NCBI GenBank assembly: GCA_950097015.1
Contig: CATNEN010000033.1
Span: 5,084,001-5,148,000 of the forward strand
Direction: 5' to 3'
Length of the DNA stretch: 64,000 bases
Source of the DNA: Macrostomum hystrix
Lineage: Eukaryota; Animalia; Platyhelminthes
The notes beneath the pieces are model-generated. The model did not search any database. It saw only the letters and a program-made list of their open reading frames with translations, and was not told the origin of the DNA. The position numbers and the translations under genes are program-made. Positions 1 to 11,420 of this stretch are shown piece after piece. Within the stretch, counting starts at the first letter, position 1. Each line of letters opens with the position of its first letter.

Positions 1-33
1 AACATTTCTCCCTGATCTCAAGATCAAAAGAGA

Positions 34-642
34 TTAAGCTTCGTAGCGGACTGGTGCCGACCTCTCGCGACTTGACCGCCGGGGTTCGCCGTTCCGCTCA
101 ACGGCTCGCTCTACTCCAGGCGGCTGTGGTTGCGAGCCTGGGGCCGGCCGGACGTCAGCAATGTGACGGGGAAGCCCATCGACCTCCACTGTAGCCCCTT
201 GTCTCTGGCCTGTCACGCGCCCCCTTGGCCACTCGTCGGTACACCTGACTGCCGGCGGCTTGACGAACACTTCCGTTCCGACCGGCAGGGCAGGGTTTGA
301 CTCCAGTGTCTCAGAGGCCTCGGGGAGAGCCAACATGGGCGGTTTCCAGTCGTAAGTGCTGAGCATTCTGCTGGGCACGCTGCACTCCCGAGTACCATCC
401 TTCGGAGCCATGTTGTACCAGAATACCATGTCCAGCACGTCCTTGCCGGTTCTGGATGCCATCCGCTTGATCGTCCGATGATTTCGCTCGACTATCCCGT
501 TGGCCGACGGCCGGTGAGCGCAGCGGAAGAGGAGTTGCACTCCCCATGCTTCGCAGAATGCACGCACCTCGGCAGAGCGGAAGGTCGCCGAGTTGTCCAG
601 AAGCAGCTGCCAGGGTGGGCCCCGCTCTCGGAAGACTTGCAC
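34..642 (-). pseudogene. Ty3/Gypsy-type LTR retrotransposon integrase, C-terminal fragment (rve core)
   Basis: The ORF has the integrase D...D(35)E context LLLDNSATFRSAEVRAFCEAWGV...HRPSANGIVERNHRTIKR and a typical basic tail (RRSSRERSAPVRY). The upstream pol sequence is missing and is replaced by repeat DNA at about 684. Confidence 0.85.
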
Positions 643-714
643 GAGTGTCCCTATGATCGAAGCTGTCCGCTCGTCTGGGAGTAAATCTTGGCTAACCCAG
701 CGTTTGAAAAATCA

Positions 715-1276
715 ACGTCAACTGGGGAGTCATCATCAAAATGGGGATCAAGGTGAACTGGGGGATAATCGTCAACTGGAGGATCTTTGTCAACTGGGGG
801 ATCGTTGTGAACTGGGGGATCATTGTCAACTAGGGGGTAAATGGTCAACTGGGGGATAATTGTCAACTGAGGAATCATCATCAAATGGGGGATCATGGTC
901 AACTTGGGGATCATTGTCAACTGGGTGATCATCATCAACTGGGGATCATCATCAACTGGGGGATCATCATCAACTGGGGGATCATTGTGAACTGGGGGAT
1001 AATTGTCAACTGGGGGATGATTGTCAACTGGGGATCATCATCAACTGTGGGATCATCATCAACTGGGGGATCATTGTCAACTGGGGGATCATTGTGAACT
1101 GGGGGATCTTTGTCAACTGGGGGATCATTGTCAACTGTGGGATCATTGTCAACTGGGGGATCATTGTCAACTGGGGGATCGTTGTCAACTGGGGGTTCAT
1201 TGTCAACTGGGGGATCATTGTCAACTGGGGGATCATTGTCAACTGGGGGTTCATTGTCAACTGGGGGTTCATTGTA
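715..1276. repeat. 18-bp minisatellite (GGGGGATCATTGTCAACT), array 1
   Basis: Direct tandem units are visible. The block 684-1360, including its flanks, is repeated at about 2690-3540. Confidence 0.95.
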
Positions 1277-1339
1277 GCTTTAAAAAGCTGTAAATTCAGC
1301 TGCTAAAAAGTATATACTAGACGAATTAAAAGTATTTCT

Positions 1340-1368
1340 GCTCCCCGAAGGGGGGCAAAACTTGCTAG
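1340..1368 (+). mobile_element. Helitron-type 3' terminus (GC hairpin + CTAG)
   Basis: The stem-loop GCTCCCC-GAA-GGGGGGC is followed 8 nt later by CTAG and then T. An identical motif occurs at 8190-8218. Confidence 0.75.
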
Positions 1369-2103
1369 TCTAATATACTAAAATGAAATGGTTTGTTACT
1401 TGGTTGTAATTGATTTTATCCCGAACGGCTCAACCGATTTTCACCATTTCTTCACTAAAAGATGCCAAATATGGGGACACATATACACGTATTTTTATTA
1501 AGCTTAATTCCATTGCCAAGGGGATTAAATATTCGAAAAACTGTTTTAGATAGGATTTTTAATGCATTACATCAGAGCCAGTTTTGTCAACGTGCATACC
1601 ACTGCCAATTTAAATGATTGCATTAGGACCAGTTTTGTTAAAAGTGAGTACACTGATAATAATTTCACTGTGTCAACCCCACTGGCGAGACAGTCAGTGC
1701 GAATATATAAATAGATTACATCACAGCTTTTCTCACCCATGTCAGAATTTAACTGACTGCCGCTGAATTGGAATTGCATCGCAACTTGCGCAACACCCCC
1801 TAGCTGACTGAGTTAGAAGCCTGCACGATCTGGACAGAACCTAAGTGTACTCTATTTGTACAAAGCCAGAACTTTGAGAATTCATTTTATAAGGCTACCT
1901 TTTGCAATCCAATCCAAGTCGGAGTTGCCAATGTTCAGGCTCTAGGAATAGGTTAGGCTAGGCTAGGCGAAGTGTCCTTGGTTCGACTCTGCACTGCGTA
2001 AAATATTTAAACGAATTGTCAGTCAGTAGTGATAGATGCAAAGCAATTTTTTAAATTTTATTTTGAAAATAAAGGGAAAACTTTTAATTCACTTCTGCAT
2101 AGC

Positions 2104-2700
2104 AAAACCAGAGTTTGAATCATGGCTAAACCAGAGTTTGAATCATGGCTAAACCAGAGCTTGAATCATGGCAAAACCAGAGCTTGAATCATGGCTAAAC
2201 CAGAGCTTGAATCATGGCTAAACCAGAGTTTGAATCATGGCTAAACCAGAGCTTAAATCATGGCTAAACCAGAGTTTGAATCATGGCTAAACCAGCGTTT
2301 GAATCATGGCTTAAAACCAGAGTTTGAATAATAGCCAACCAGAGTTTGAATCACGGCTAAACCAGAGTTAGAATCATGGCAAAACCAGAGTTTGAAATTG
2401 CTAAACCAGAGTTTCAATCAGGGCTAACCCAGCGTTTGAATCATGGCTAAACCAGAGCTTGAATCATGGCTAAACCAGAGCTTGAATCATGGCTAAAGCA
2501 GAGTTTGAATCATGGCTAAACCAGAGCTTGAATCATGGCTAAACCAGAGCTTGAATCATGGCAAAACCAGAGTTTGAATCATAGCCAACCAGAGTTTGAA
2601 TCATAGTCAACCAGAGTCTGAATCATGGCAAAACGAGAGTTTGAATCATAGCCCACCAGGGTTTAAAACATGGCGAAATCTGAGTTTGAATCTTGGCTAA
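2104..2700. repeat. 23-bp minisatellite (AAACCAGAGTTTGAATCATGGCT)
   Basis: About 25 tandem units with minor variants. Confidence 0.95.
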
Positions 2701-2719
2701 CCCAGCGTTTGAAAAATCA

Positions 2720-3460
2720 ACGTCAACTGGGGAGTCATCATCAAAATGGGGATCATGGTAAACTGGGGGGATAATCGTCAACTGGGGGATCATGGTAAAC
2801 TGGGGGATAATTGTCAACTGGGGAATCATCATCAAATGGGGGATCATGGTCAACTTGGGGATCATTGTCAACTGGGGGATCATCATCAACTGGGGGATTA
2901 TCATCAACTCGGGGATCTTTGTCAACTGGGGGATCATTGTCAACTGTGGGATCATTGTCAACTGGGGGATCATTGTCAACTGGTGGATCGTTGTCAACTG
3001 GGGGTTCATTGTCAACTGGGTGATCATCATCAACTGGGGGATCATTGTCAACTGGGGGAACATTGTCAACTGGAGGAACATTGTTAACTGGGGATCATCA
3101 TCAATGGGGAGTCATCATCAACTGGGGGATCATTGTTAACTGGAGGATCTTTGTCAACTGGGGGATCATTGTCAACTGGGGATCATTGTCAACTGTGGGA
3201 TCATTGTCAACTGGGGGATCATCATCAACTGGGGGATCATTGTCAACTGGGGGTTCATTGTCAACTGTGGGATCATTGTCAACTGGGGGTTCATTGTCAA
3301 CTGGGGGATCATTGTCAACTGGGGGATCATTGTCAACTGGGGGATCATTGTCAACTGGGGGATCATTGTCAACTGGGGGATCATTGTCAACTGGGGGATC
3401 ATCATCAACTGGGAGATTATCAGCAACGGGGGGATCATTGTCAACTGGGGGTTCATTGTA
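2720..3460. repeat. 18-bp minisatellite (GGGGGATCATTGTCAACT), array 2
   Basis: Same unit and the same flanks as 715-1276. Confidence 0.95.
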
Positions 3461-3589
3461 GCTTTAAAAAGCTGTAAATTCAGCTGCTAAAAAGTATATA
3501 CTAGACGAATTAAAAGTATTTTTGCCCCCGAAGGGGAGAAAAAGTATTTCGCTATTTCAGCTCTGCGGGCCACGGCATGGCGAAGACAG

Positions 3590-3725
3590 CTGACTAATAA
3601 CTACATTATGATTGACTAATAACTGCATTATGATTGACTAATAGCTGCATTATGATTGACTAATAGCTGCATTATGATTGACCAATAACTCCATTATGAT
3701 TGACTAATAACTGCATTATGATTGT
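3590..3725. repeat. 22-bp minisatellite (GATTGACTAATAACTGCATTAT)
   Basis: About 6 tandem units. Confidence 0.9.
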
Positions 3726-4663
3726 GCACTTTTGTTTGACTATGCTATGCTTTGTGAAATATTCACTATGATTAATGATAACAGCCTTACCTAACATCCT
3801 TATGTAAATATATTGTGAAAAAGATGTTTCAGTAAAGCCAATACCGTAAAAAATTCTGACGTGAATATTTCTACTGACAGTAGAGTAACAGACATCAGGA
3901 TGTAAATGTGTTATTTTAATAAGTCCACACAGTGGAGAGTGTAGACATAAGTTTCTTTTATGTGTTCATCTGCGTGTTTATCAATCTGTCTAGCAGTCTA
4001 GCAGCCTGTCAATGTATCTTTCAACTAACTGTCATACAAATCTGTCATACTGTCATGCAGATCTGTCATCTGTCATACAAACTGATTTCGACACAGCTGC
4101 GAAGCTGATTTAGGCACAGCTGATTTATGCATAGCTGCGAAACTTATTTGAATCAAACTGGTTGAATCAGCCATTGATATTAGCTAATACACATTGCAAA
4201 CTATCAAGATGGGATCTGATTTGAAATGTACTCGTATTCAAAAAGGGATTTGATTTAAAGTGGGATTTGACAATGCGAAAGAGGCATGTGAGAAAAGAGA
4301 AGTTTGCTGAGGAGTGACTAGAAAGGAGAAAGGGAAATAATGTGAAAATTGAGCAATGAAACTATAGAATATAAAATCAAAGGAGAAAAGGCAGAACTGA
4401 GCTTCTGAGATTGGATTTAAACTGGAACAGCATAGGACAACAATTTATTGCCGTAGATATTGTTTGATATATCTACAAGCAGAATGGGATCTGATTGAAA
4501 ATGGGATCTGATTGAAAATAGGATATGATTCAAATTGGGATTTGATGAGAATGAGTACCTCTGAGTTCTGCAAATGTATGAAATTTCAGATCAGCAGATC
4601 TGTAAGTCTTTAAGACCGATTATCGCTAGCTGACAAACTGACAGTTTGTGACAATACCGAGTA

Positions 4664-4995
4664 TCCTCAATTCTTGAAATGCGCCTTCTCTGTTCTATGC
4701 AGTGTATTTTAAATGGCATGAAAGTTTGCAACGAAATGAATCAATTTTTCCTTCATGTACTTTGATTATAATACTTCTCAGTGCAACAAATAATCACTGT
4801 GAGATCTGCAAATAGTATGCTATTGTCACTCAGAGATTAGCCAATATCTCCCAGTTTAGCAAGTAGTAATCCTCAGCTCTTGAAATGCGCCTTCTCTGTT
4901 CTATGCAGTGTATTTTAAATCGCATGAAAGTTTGCAACGAAATGGTTCCCCTGGCGTGAATCAATTTTCCCTTCCTGTACTTTGATTATAATACT
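4664..4995. repeat. Local direct duplication of about 130 bp (4664-4790 and 4867-4995)
   Basis: CTTGAAATGCGCCTTCTCTGTTCTATGCAGTGTATTTTAAAT...TACTTTGATTATAATACT occurs twice. Confidence 0.85.
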
Positions 4996-5064
4996 GTGTT
5001 AATCCAAGCGAAAAAATGAGTCTGTAGTAATCGTAAATGTAAGAGAGTAATAAAAATCGTGCAA

Positions 5065-5268
5065 ATTAATTAACTTATTTGTCTTAAATATAATAGATAG
5101 GTTTAACGCTTTCGTGAAAATTAATTTATTTTCTTAAATATAATAGATCGGTTTAACGCTTTCGTGAAAATTAATTTATTTTCTTAAATATAATACTCGT
5201 ATATCGGTTTAACGCTTTCGTGAAAATTAATTTATTGTCTTAAATATAATAGATCGGTTTAACGCTTA
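5065..5268. repeat. 50-bp tandem repeat covering the 3' end of the zinc-knuckle gene
   Basis: About 4 units of TTAATTTATTTTCTTAAATATAATAGATCGGTTTAACGCTTTCGTGAAAA. Confidence 0.9.
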
Positions 5269-5743
5269 AGTTTGCTGTTGTTGCTGCTGCTGCTGCTGCT
5301 CCGCTGCTCCTGTTGTTCCGGCTGCTTCTGCTGCTGCTGCCCCTGCTGCTGCTCTTCCTGTTGCTTCTGCAGGCGCAAATTTTCCAGTCGTTCTTGCAGT
5401 CTTCGTTCCTGTTGTTCCTGGCGCATTTTTTCTTGCTGCTGCTGCCGTTGCTCGGCGACGGCGGGGCAGCGTGCGACGCGGTGAGGTCCACCGCAGAGGT
5501 AACACGAGACTGTGTGAATTGAGTGTTAAGAATGTTGCAATGAGTGTTAGAATTGTACCAAGTTTAATGTCTAACTGAATGCCTGACGGAAGGACTTAGT
5601 GAAAATAAATGACCAAGTAAGGCAGATGTATAGAATTATAGGCAGACACAATGTTACTTACTTGGTCCTCTGCGGTGGCCCCTTCGACCGCGACGTCCGC
5701 CGCCGCCGCCGCCGCCGGCGTAGTAGTTGTGGTTGATTTTCAT
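5259..5743 (-). CDS. Two-exon gene for a small RGG/zinc-knuckle/Gln-rich protein (about 110 aa)
   Basis: Exon 1 (5743-5662) encodes MKINHNYYAGGGGGGGRRGRRGHRRGP and has a GTAAGT donor. A CACAG acceptor precedes exon 2 (5509-5259), which continues in frame as ISCYLCGGPHRVARCP...poly-Q/E...KLKR*. It contains a C-x2-C-x3-H-x4-C knuckle. Confidence 0.7.
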
Positions 5744-6338
5744 GGTTGTGGGGCTATTCAATGTTGTACGTCATATAAATACACTCCGCCGTAAGGGCTG
5801 GATTTTAACTTAACCAGTGCTCAAAACCCTGCAGATTAGCTTGGTCCATTCTGATTGGCTTACAGCTGTTAGGCAGTCCAAAGTTGTCTCATCCAGTTTG
5901 CGTCTTGAAGTTTTTTTGTATCGTCTAGACGTTACGTTGTAGTTGAGGTAGGACAGCTTAATGCTGTGTGATTTGAGATTGGTGTATACAGTGGGTGTTG
6001 TTCTGCCATTTTGACTGGCTTAGCCTTATCAGTTCATTAGGGTTTGGTTAATATCAAAGCTGTTTCTGATTGGTCAGCAGCTTTTGGGCCCACTCCTCAC
6101 TTATGTTATTGGGGTGGTGGATTTGAGGGGTCTGGAAGCCAGAGGAGGTTGCCACAGCCAATTGAAAGTGGCGTGAGTCATCGCACTTTTAAGTGCACGG
6201 TGGGTTGTTATTTTGAAATGAATATAGAGATATAATGCGACAGCGACTTTTATATCAAACTAAACAGCCCTATCTAAGTGCAAAATTTTTGTTCTGTCAT
6301 TTCCTAGACTTTTCTGTTTACTTAATAGCAAACGAACG

Positions 6339-6671
6339 ATGGAGTCGCCTGCCGGACAAGCCAAGAAGAGCAAAATGTGCGTATCTGCTCTGCTTCCGGG
6401 CCTGATGGAGGTTGCTGTCGTCGGCCTGGTGACGATGCTGACGACCATCAAGGACTTTGTCGGCAAGGACGGACCGGGCCAAGTGTTCTCCTTCGTCTTA
6501 AGTGATGACACGGTGGACATTCGAGTGAGCGTGTTTGGCACAGATCTGAGGCCACTTCTGGACGTCTGCCAAGCCGACGAGGCCGTGCGCATAACCGGAT
6601 TCAGAGGTTCTTCCACGATAAAATGGAGGGTATGCAGCCATGGTCTGAAGCGGCCTAATCGCAGACCTTAA
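6339..6671 (+). CDS. RPA-like OB-fold ssDNA-binding protein (probably the first exon or a fragment)
   Basis: VVGLVTMLTTIKDFVGKDGPGQVFSFVLSDDTVDIRVSVFG...EAVRITG matches the RPA70-type OB-fold strand pattern (G-x-V...F-x-F-x-L-x-D-x-T-x-x-I-R). A possible GTATGC donor lies near 6630. Confidence 0.6.
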   Translation: MESPAGQAKKSKMCVSALLPGLMEVAVVGLVTMLTTIKDFVGKDGPGQVFSFVLSDDTVDIRVSVFGTDLRPLLDVCQADEAVRITGFRGSSTIKWRVCSHGLKRPNRRP

Positions 6672-8189
6672 ATCTTGTGATGGCCGACTAAGCATGTTGA
6701 GCTGTGCTGTGGCAAGAGTGAATGCACTTGCTTAATTCCGATCCCGGCTGTGAATGCTTCCCAAGCAGTAAAGCTTTTTGTGTGACGTTGAGAATGTGAA
6801 CTTAACTTGCCCAAGTGAATGCCTCTGACCAGCAGTGCAGAGTAAAGCAAGCCAACAAGCAGTAGGATTGACACCATTATTCTTGCAGTCAAATGCAATG
6901 AACTGTGCAATGATACTGTCTTGTTGGCGGAGCCTTCTGCAAGTTCATCATCATGTTTACTGTTTGTGTAAATATTTTTAGGTGCAATGCAGTTTTTTCT
7001 TTTTAATTGAATTGAATTCTCTACATTTGGAGTTTGTTTTCTTATAACGTCATAATGATATGTATTTGTATAATAATAATTTTGCCGAATGCTCACTCAA
7101 TTGTTGTTATTTTGTTGTTTTCAATGTGCTTTGTAATTGAAGAAATACAAATAAATGTTTTAGCTGACAAAGACCAGTCCCATGATTAATGAATCTGCAC
7201 TCCTGGTAATTCCCTTATTCTATTTTAAAAGACAAATTGTCAGGCATGCATTTGTAATGAAGAATGATACATAATGGATTACTAAGAAAAGAGGTCAGAT
7301 GAGAAATAGGATCTGATGAGAACTGGAATCATTAAGAAAAAAAAGGAGATTAGAAATTGATCCATTGATCAATTAGCCATTGATATTAGCTATCAATTAT
7401 GAACTATCAAAATGGGATCTAATTGGAAATAGACTTTTATGTAAAATGTAATATGTAAGATTCAAAATAAGATTTGACAATGTGAATGAGGCAAATAAGA
7501 AAAGAGAAGTCTGCTGAGGAGTGTGACTAGAAAAGAGAGGGGGTCGGGGAATTTAGTATGATAATATATATCATATATCATAGCTATATATAGCCAGTGT
7601 TAGCTTTATTAAAAGCGTCAAACCAAAGGTCGAAGGATGTAGCTCCAGTTGCTTTTGCAAAGTCCATTCACAATGAGATAGCTGCATTGAACTGACTCTT
7701 AAAGTCATTTATTATAATAAGAGGGGCCTCATTCAATGGCAATAGTTGCAATGCTGAGCTACGTATTGTTCGGAACATTGCAGTCGCAGTTAGTACGATG
7801 AGCAGGGCTTAGAAATTTACTTACAAATGAAGAAAGTCAAAATTTGTCTGGATGTGTATAAAACTGTAGCACACATGAGCAATCCAAGCAACAATAAAAT
7901 CGGAATAAAGCAAGTCATTTCTCGGATAGTAGGAATTTCTTGGAATAAAATTTAATTTCATTTTCAGTAACAACTATAAAAAGTGCTCTAAACAATTTCA
8001 TGTATAAAATTAGTAAGATCATTTTATAAAAAACGTTTGACATATAAAAGCTCTAAAGAAAGAAACTGTAAAACAGTTAATAGTTTTGTTTTACCTAAAA
8101 TGCGTTATTAACGATCTCCCAAAAATTCCTATTTTAAATAGAGAACATTATTATTTTCGTATTATTTTCACTTTTAAGTACTGAATAAG

Positions 8190-8218
8190 GCTCCCCGAAG
8201 GGGGGCAAAACTTGCTAG
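8190..8218 (+). mobile_element. Helitron-type 3' terminus (hairpin + CTAG)
   Basis: GCTCCCCGAAGGGGGGCAAAACTTGCTAG followed by T, identical to 1340-1368. Confidence 0.75.
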
Positions 8219-8476
8219 TATATACTAATTATAGATGAAATGTCTGGCTATATTCGCGAAAATACCATAGATATAGCCACGCTACTTAAAGCACAGATTC
8301 TATATTACCTAGATTGGTCACTCATCGAATTTGCAATAGAAACTGCGTCCGCCAGCCGTCTGCCGCGAAAACCCAGAGTTTTGCCCATAGACAGTTAGAC
8401 AGATAGAAAATTTATTTGATGGTCTATCGCTCGCTCAAAACTCGCTGGCTGTGAGCTGCTGCTTCGCACGTTAGCC

Positions 8477-9096
8477 ATGGAGCTGATCATCAACCGTCTT
8501 AGTAGCCACGCTTGTTGTGCAGCTGCCTGCTATACTACAGAGGAGACTCCAGCTTCAGTGCATGGATTTGCAGTCCATGTACGCAAATATCCAAGCGATG
8601 ACCAGGTAGCAGTTCGTTGGATAGAGATACTTGAATTACGCGATGTTGACTTGAATTTTGTGCGGCAGCGGAGGCTGAAAGTGTGCAGTCTGCATTTTAA
8701 AGAAACCGATTACTCCTGCCCACTACACGAACGACGTTCAGCTCGACTTAGAAAAGATGCCCTTCCAAATCCCTACACTTTTCCACCACGCTTGGAGAAG
8801 GAATCGGTTGAAGTCGAGCCGCGACCAGACCACATTGCTGACGACATGTATCCACCAGTACTGCATCGCGAAGACACGTACGCTGTCGAGATGCCTGAGC
8901 TACACGCAATGCCAGCCGACGCTCAGGATAAAACTGGTTCAGAAGATAGGGCAACAAACAACCGCAACGAAGTTCGAAAGGAGCGGAAGAAACAGCGGGA
9001 TAGAGCTCGATATCGAGATGGAGTCATCAAGAGATTAACGCAGAAGCTTCAAAGAGCTTTAACTGCCACTTCTGAACACCAGAAAGTTGCAACACG
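8477..9096 (+). CDS. THAP DNA-binding domain and coiled coil, N-terminal part of the P-type transposase
   Basis: THAP C2CH signature CCAAAC...YP...RW...VCSLHF...LRKDALP. It joins the 11425 frame once the insertion is removed. Confidence 0.9.
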
Positions 9097-11420
9097 TGAT
9101 GTGGAGTGTGCTGCGGGAATCGAGTGGGAGTGTGAGCCAGCATAATTTTTCCAATTTTTAGTAGTCAAATAATCGCGACCCACATAGCAGCTGGCCGCAG
9201 AACACAATCATTAATCTTAGGGCCGGGCTTGGGGCGGAGGTGAATTAAGTAGCCGCCGATTCCCCTTGCCTCGGATCTGTCTAGTCTCCTGTAGAAGTGA
9301 CTGATCGCGGCCATAGCAATACTGTATGGACTAGTTTAGGTCATAATTCCCCTCCAAACCGCGATCAGATTGTAGGGATCACTCATGCGTCTAGAGTGAG
9401 CATTAATTCTTCATGTCCCCTTTTCTTTACTGTAACCCGAGCCGAAGCTCGATTATGACCTTTCCCCCTTTAGATACATGTAACGACACTGTAGGCAGGT
9501 CGGCGCCTGCGCTTCCCATATCCCGGCGGGATCACAATCATTGGCCGACTGCCGGCAGACGCTCCTAGTGGGGCATCTGGCGATTCTCGCCGCCGCTTCA
9601 GTGGGCGATTGGGGTGGCATAATGCCGACCCGATTCCTCGCTGACAGGCTGGCGAGCATGTGGGTTGCTTTGATGGATGCGGGGTTGACGGAGCTGCAGG
9701 ACTATTTAAGAAAGCGCGCTGCGCTGCCCCTGGAGGAACCTTTTCCCTCGGACCGCCCTGCGGACCTCCCTGCGAACCTCCCTGCGAACCTCCCTTTGGA
9801 CCTTCTTCCCGTGTCCGGTCCCGGAACTCGGTCCGTGGACTCTCCCCCTTCTAGTCTAGCACTTAGCCCCTGAGCCTAAGGCTCCAGAGCATAACTACAG
9901 GTACATACCTGTTAGATCCCGTAAGCATAAGCCACCTCCTTGGGTGAGCTCCAATTGAGCATCGAGCTCCTTGCAGCCTGGCCCCTTGCCAGCTGTGTTT
10001 AGCAACTCCCTGTCTCGTTCCCCCTTTTATTTGCCCATCCCTGCGAGAGCGACGGCCTGCAGCAAAGTCAGCCAGCATCAGATAAGTAACCCGCGTAGCG
10101 GACACTAATTGTTTATCCCTAAGGGATTTATTATTTAGCTAGTGGGGCAATCTGGGCAAGGGCGGTGTTTTAGCCTAATAAACTATTCATTACCAATATG
10201 CCAAACCTTAATAATTAGGCCAATTTAATAACAACCAAACCTTTTTATCATGCTATTCTTTTCTCTTTATTTTATCGTTAGACAGCCCTCAATCATGAGC
10301 GGCTAACTCATTAGGGGGTGGGCTCTGGTGATGCCGAGCTGAAAGCTGCGGCAGGAAGACAACTGTGAGCGCGCATGAGAGTAATAAGGAGCTAGGGATT
10401 TGCGAGTAATATGCGGAGCGTAGCATGTGTTTCTCTGCTAGGGGTGGGGAAATTCCTTGGCGGGTTTTTCCTCTCTTTCTGGTGGATCAAGGAGTGCGTG
10501 TCAACCTCCCTTGTCAATTAAGTTTCCCTTCTGCTCCCCGCCTCTCGCTGCCGCCGCCATGGGAGCGAGGGGTGTGATCTAATAACCATCGCTTGCATAA
10601 TCACTCAGCCAGTGCTCTGCTTAACCTCTCCTGCCTCTGATCTCCTCATCTCACACAGATTCGGATTTGCTAGTTATTTACTGTGCAGGCTGCAATCTAA
10701 TGTAAGGAATGTGCCTGATGTTTCATGAGTAGGATTCCGGCTATGGGTTTCTCATTCGAGTTCGGAGTACCACCTATCTAGACCACTGTAGCGCTGTTTC
10801 AGGAATCCCCTGTTGAGGCGTGTCTCGATTCATTCTGGGGTCTTAGCCCTAGTCTAAAACGGAAGTTACAGAATGCCCTATTTTTCGGCTTGTCTGAGAT
10901 CTGTGTGACAAACTAGGAGCTGTGAACTCCGGGGACCCAAGTTCCCAAATGTCTGCGGTGGCAACGTAGGCGCATTGGGTGGTGGTGCTACCCTAGATCA
11001 TTTTCCGCTTTGCCAATAGCCTTTCCGCATTTCTAAGACAAGAGCCTGGGCCGAATCGACCACTGCTACCACTGTTAGGAGTCAGTTATGTACATGCTAC
11101 TGATGACAGTAGGCTATCTAGCCCTGTCCTACCTGCTTGCGGGTAGTCCGATATCTCTTTAGACTTTAGCCGGTTTCGAGCACTGCTTGGGGTAGGCACG
11201 GCAGTCATGCCTGTGGCCTATGGGTTGAGTGGGACTGGCCAGCCTGAGGCCGAGAGGACCACTCCCTGCATCCACTGTCTCCCTTCATCTCTCCCTTCAT
11301 CCCTCTCCCCGCGATAAATCGCGAGGCTTTGCGGTATGACTTCTAACTCTATCGCCATTCCCACACTCCCCTTCTCTCTTGAGGACAGGTCATCGGATTG
11401 CAAAACCCGCACCCACTTCA
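9097..11420. mobile_element. 2324-bp insertion, probably a solo LTR
   Basis: It begins TGATGTGG and ends CCACTTCA (TG...CA, imperfect terminal inversion). A 4-bp TSD CACG lies at 9093-9096 and 11421-11424, and AATAAA at 10177. Removing it restores the frame ...KVAT-RRIRNRGMRW. Confidence 0.75.

Larger units (their letters stand above)
4167..7535. repeat. Dispersed imperfect direct repeat of about 160 bp (4167-4330 and 7375-7535)
   Basis: Both copies share AGCCATTGATATTAGCTA...GATTTGACAATG...AGAAAAGAGAAGT.TGCTGAGGAGTG. Confidence 0.7.
1369..8218 (+). mobile_element. Putative non-autonomous Helitron carrying minisatellites and captured or accessory ORFs
   Basis: It starts with TC (TCTAATATACTAAAATG...ACGGCTCAACCGATTTT) directly after the previous CTAG. 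A degenerate hairpin without CTAG lies at 3524-3538, and a full hairpin + CTAG at 8190-8218. No RepHel ORF was seen. Whether this is one element or several is uncertain. Confidence 0.5.

Noticed and set aside
593-3477. Many ORFs with QLTMIP / NWGIIV / STGGSL repeats
   Set aside because: They are translations of the 18-bp minisatellite, open in several frames on both strands. There is no evidence they are genes.
6668-7096. 142-aa minus-strand ORF
   Set aside because: It has no motif, starts in AT-rich sequence and converges on the OB-fold ORF. It cannot be supported.
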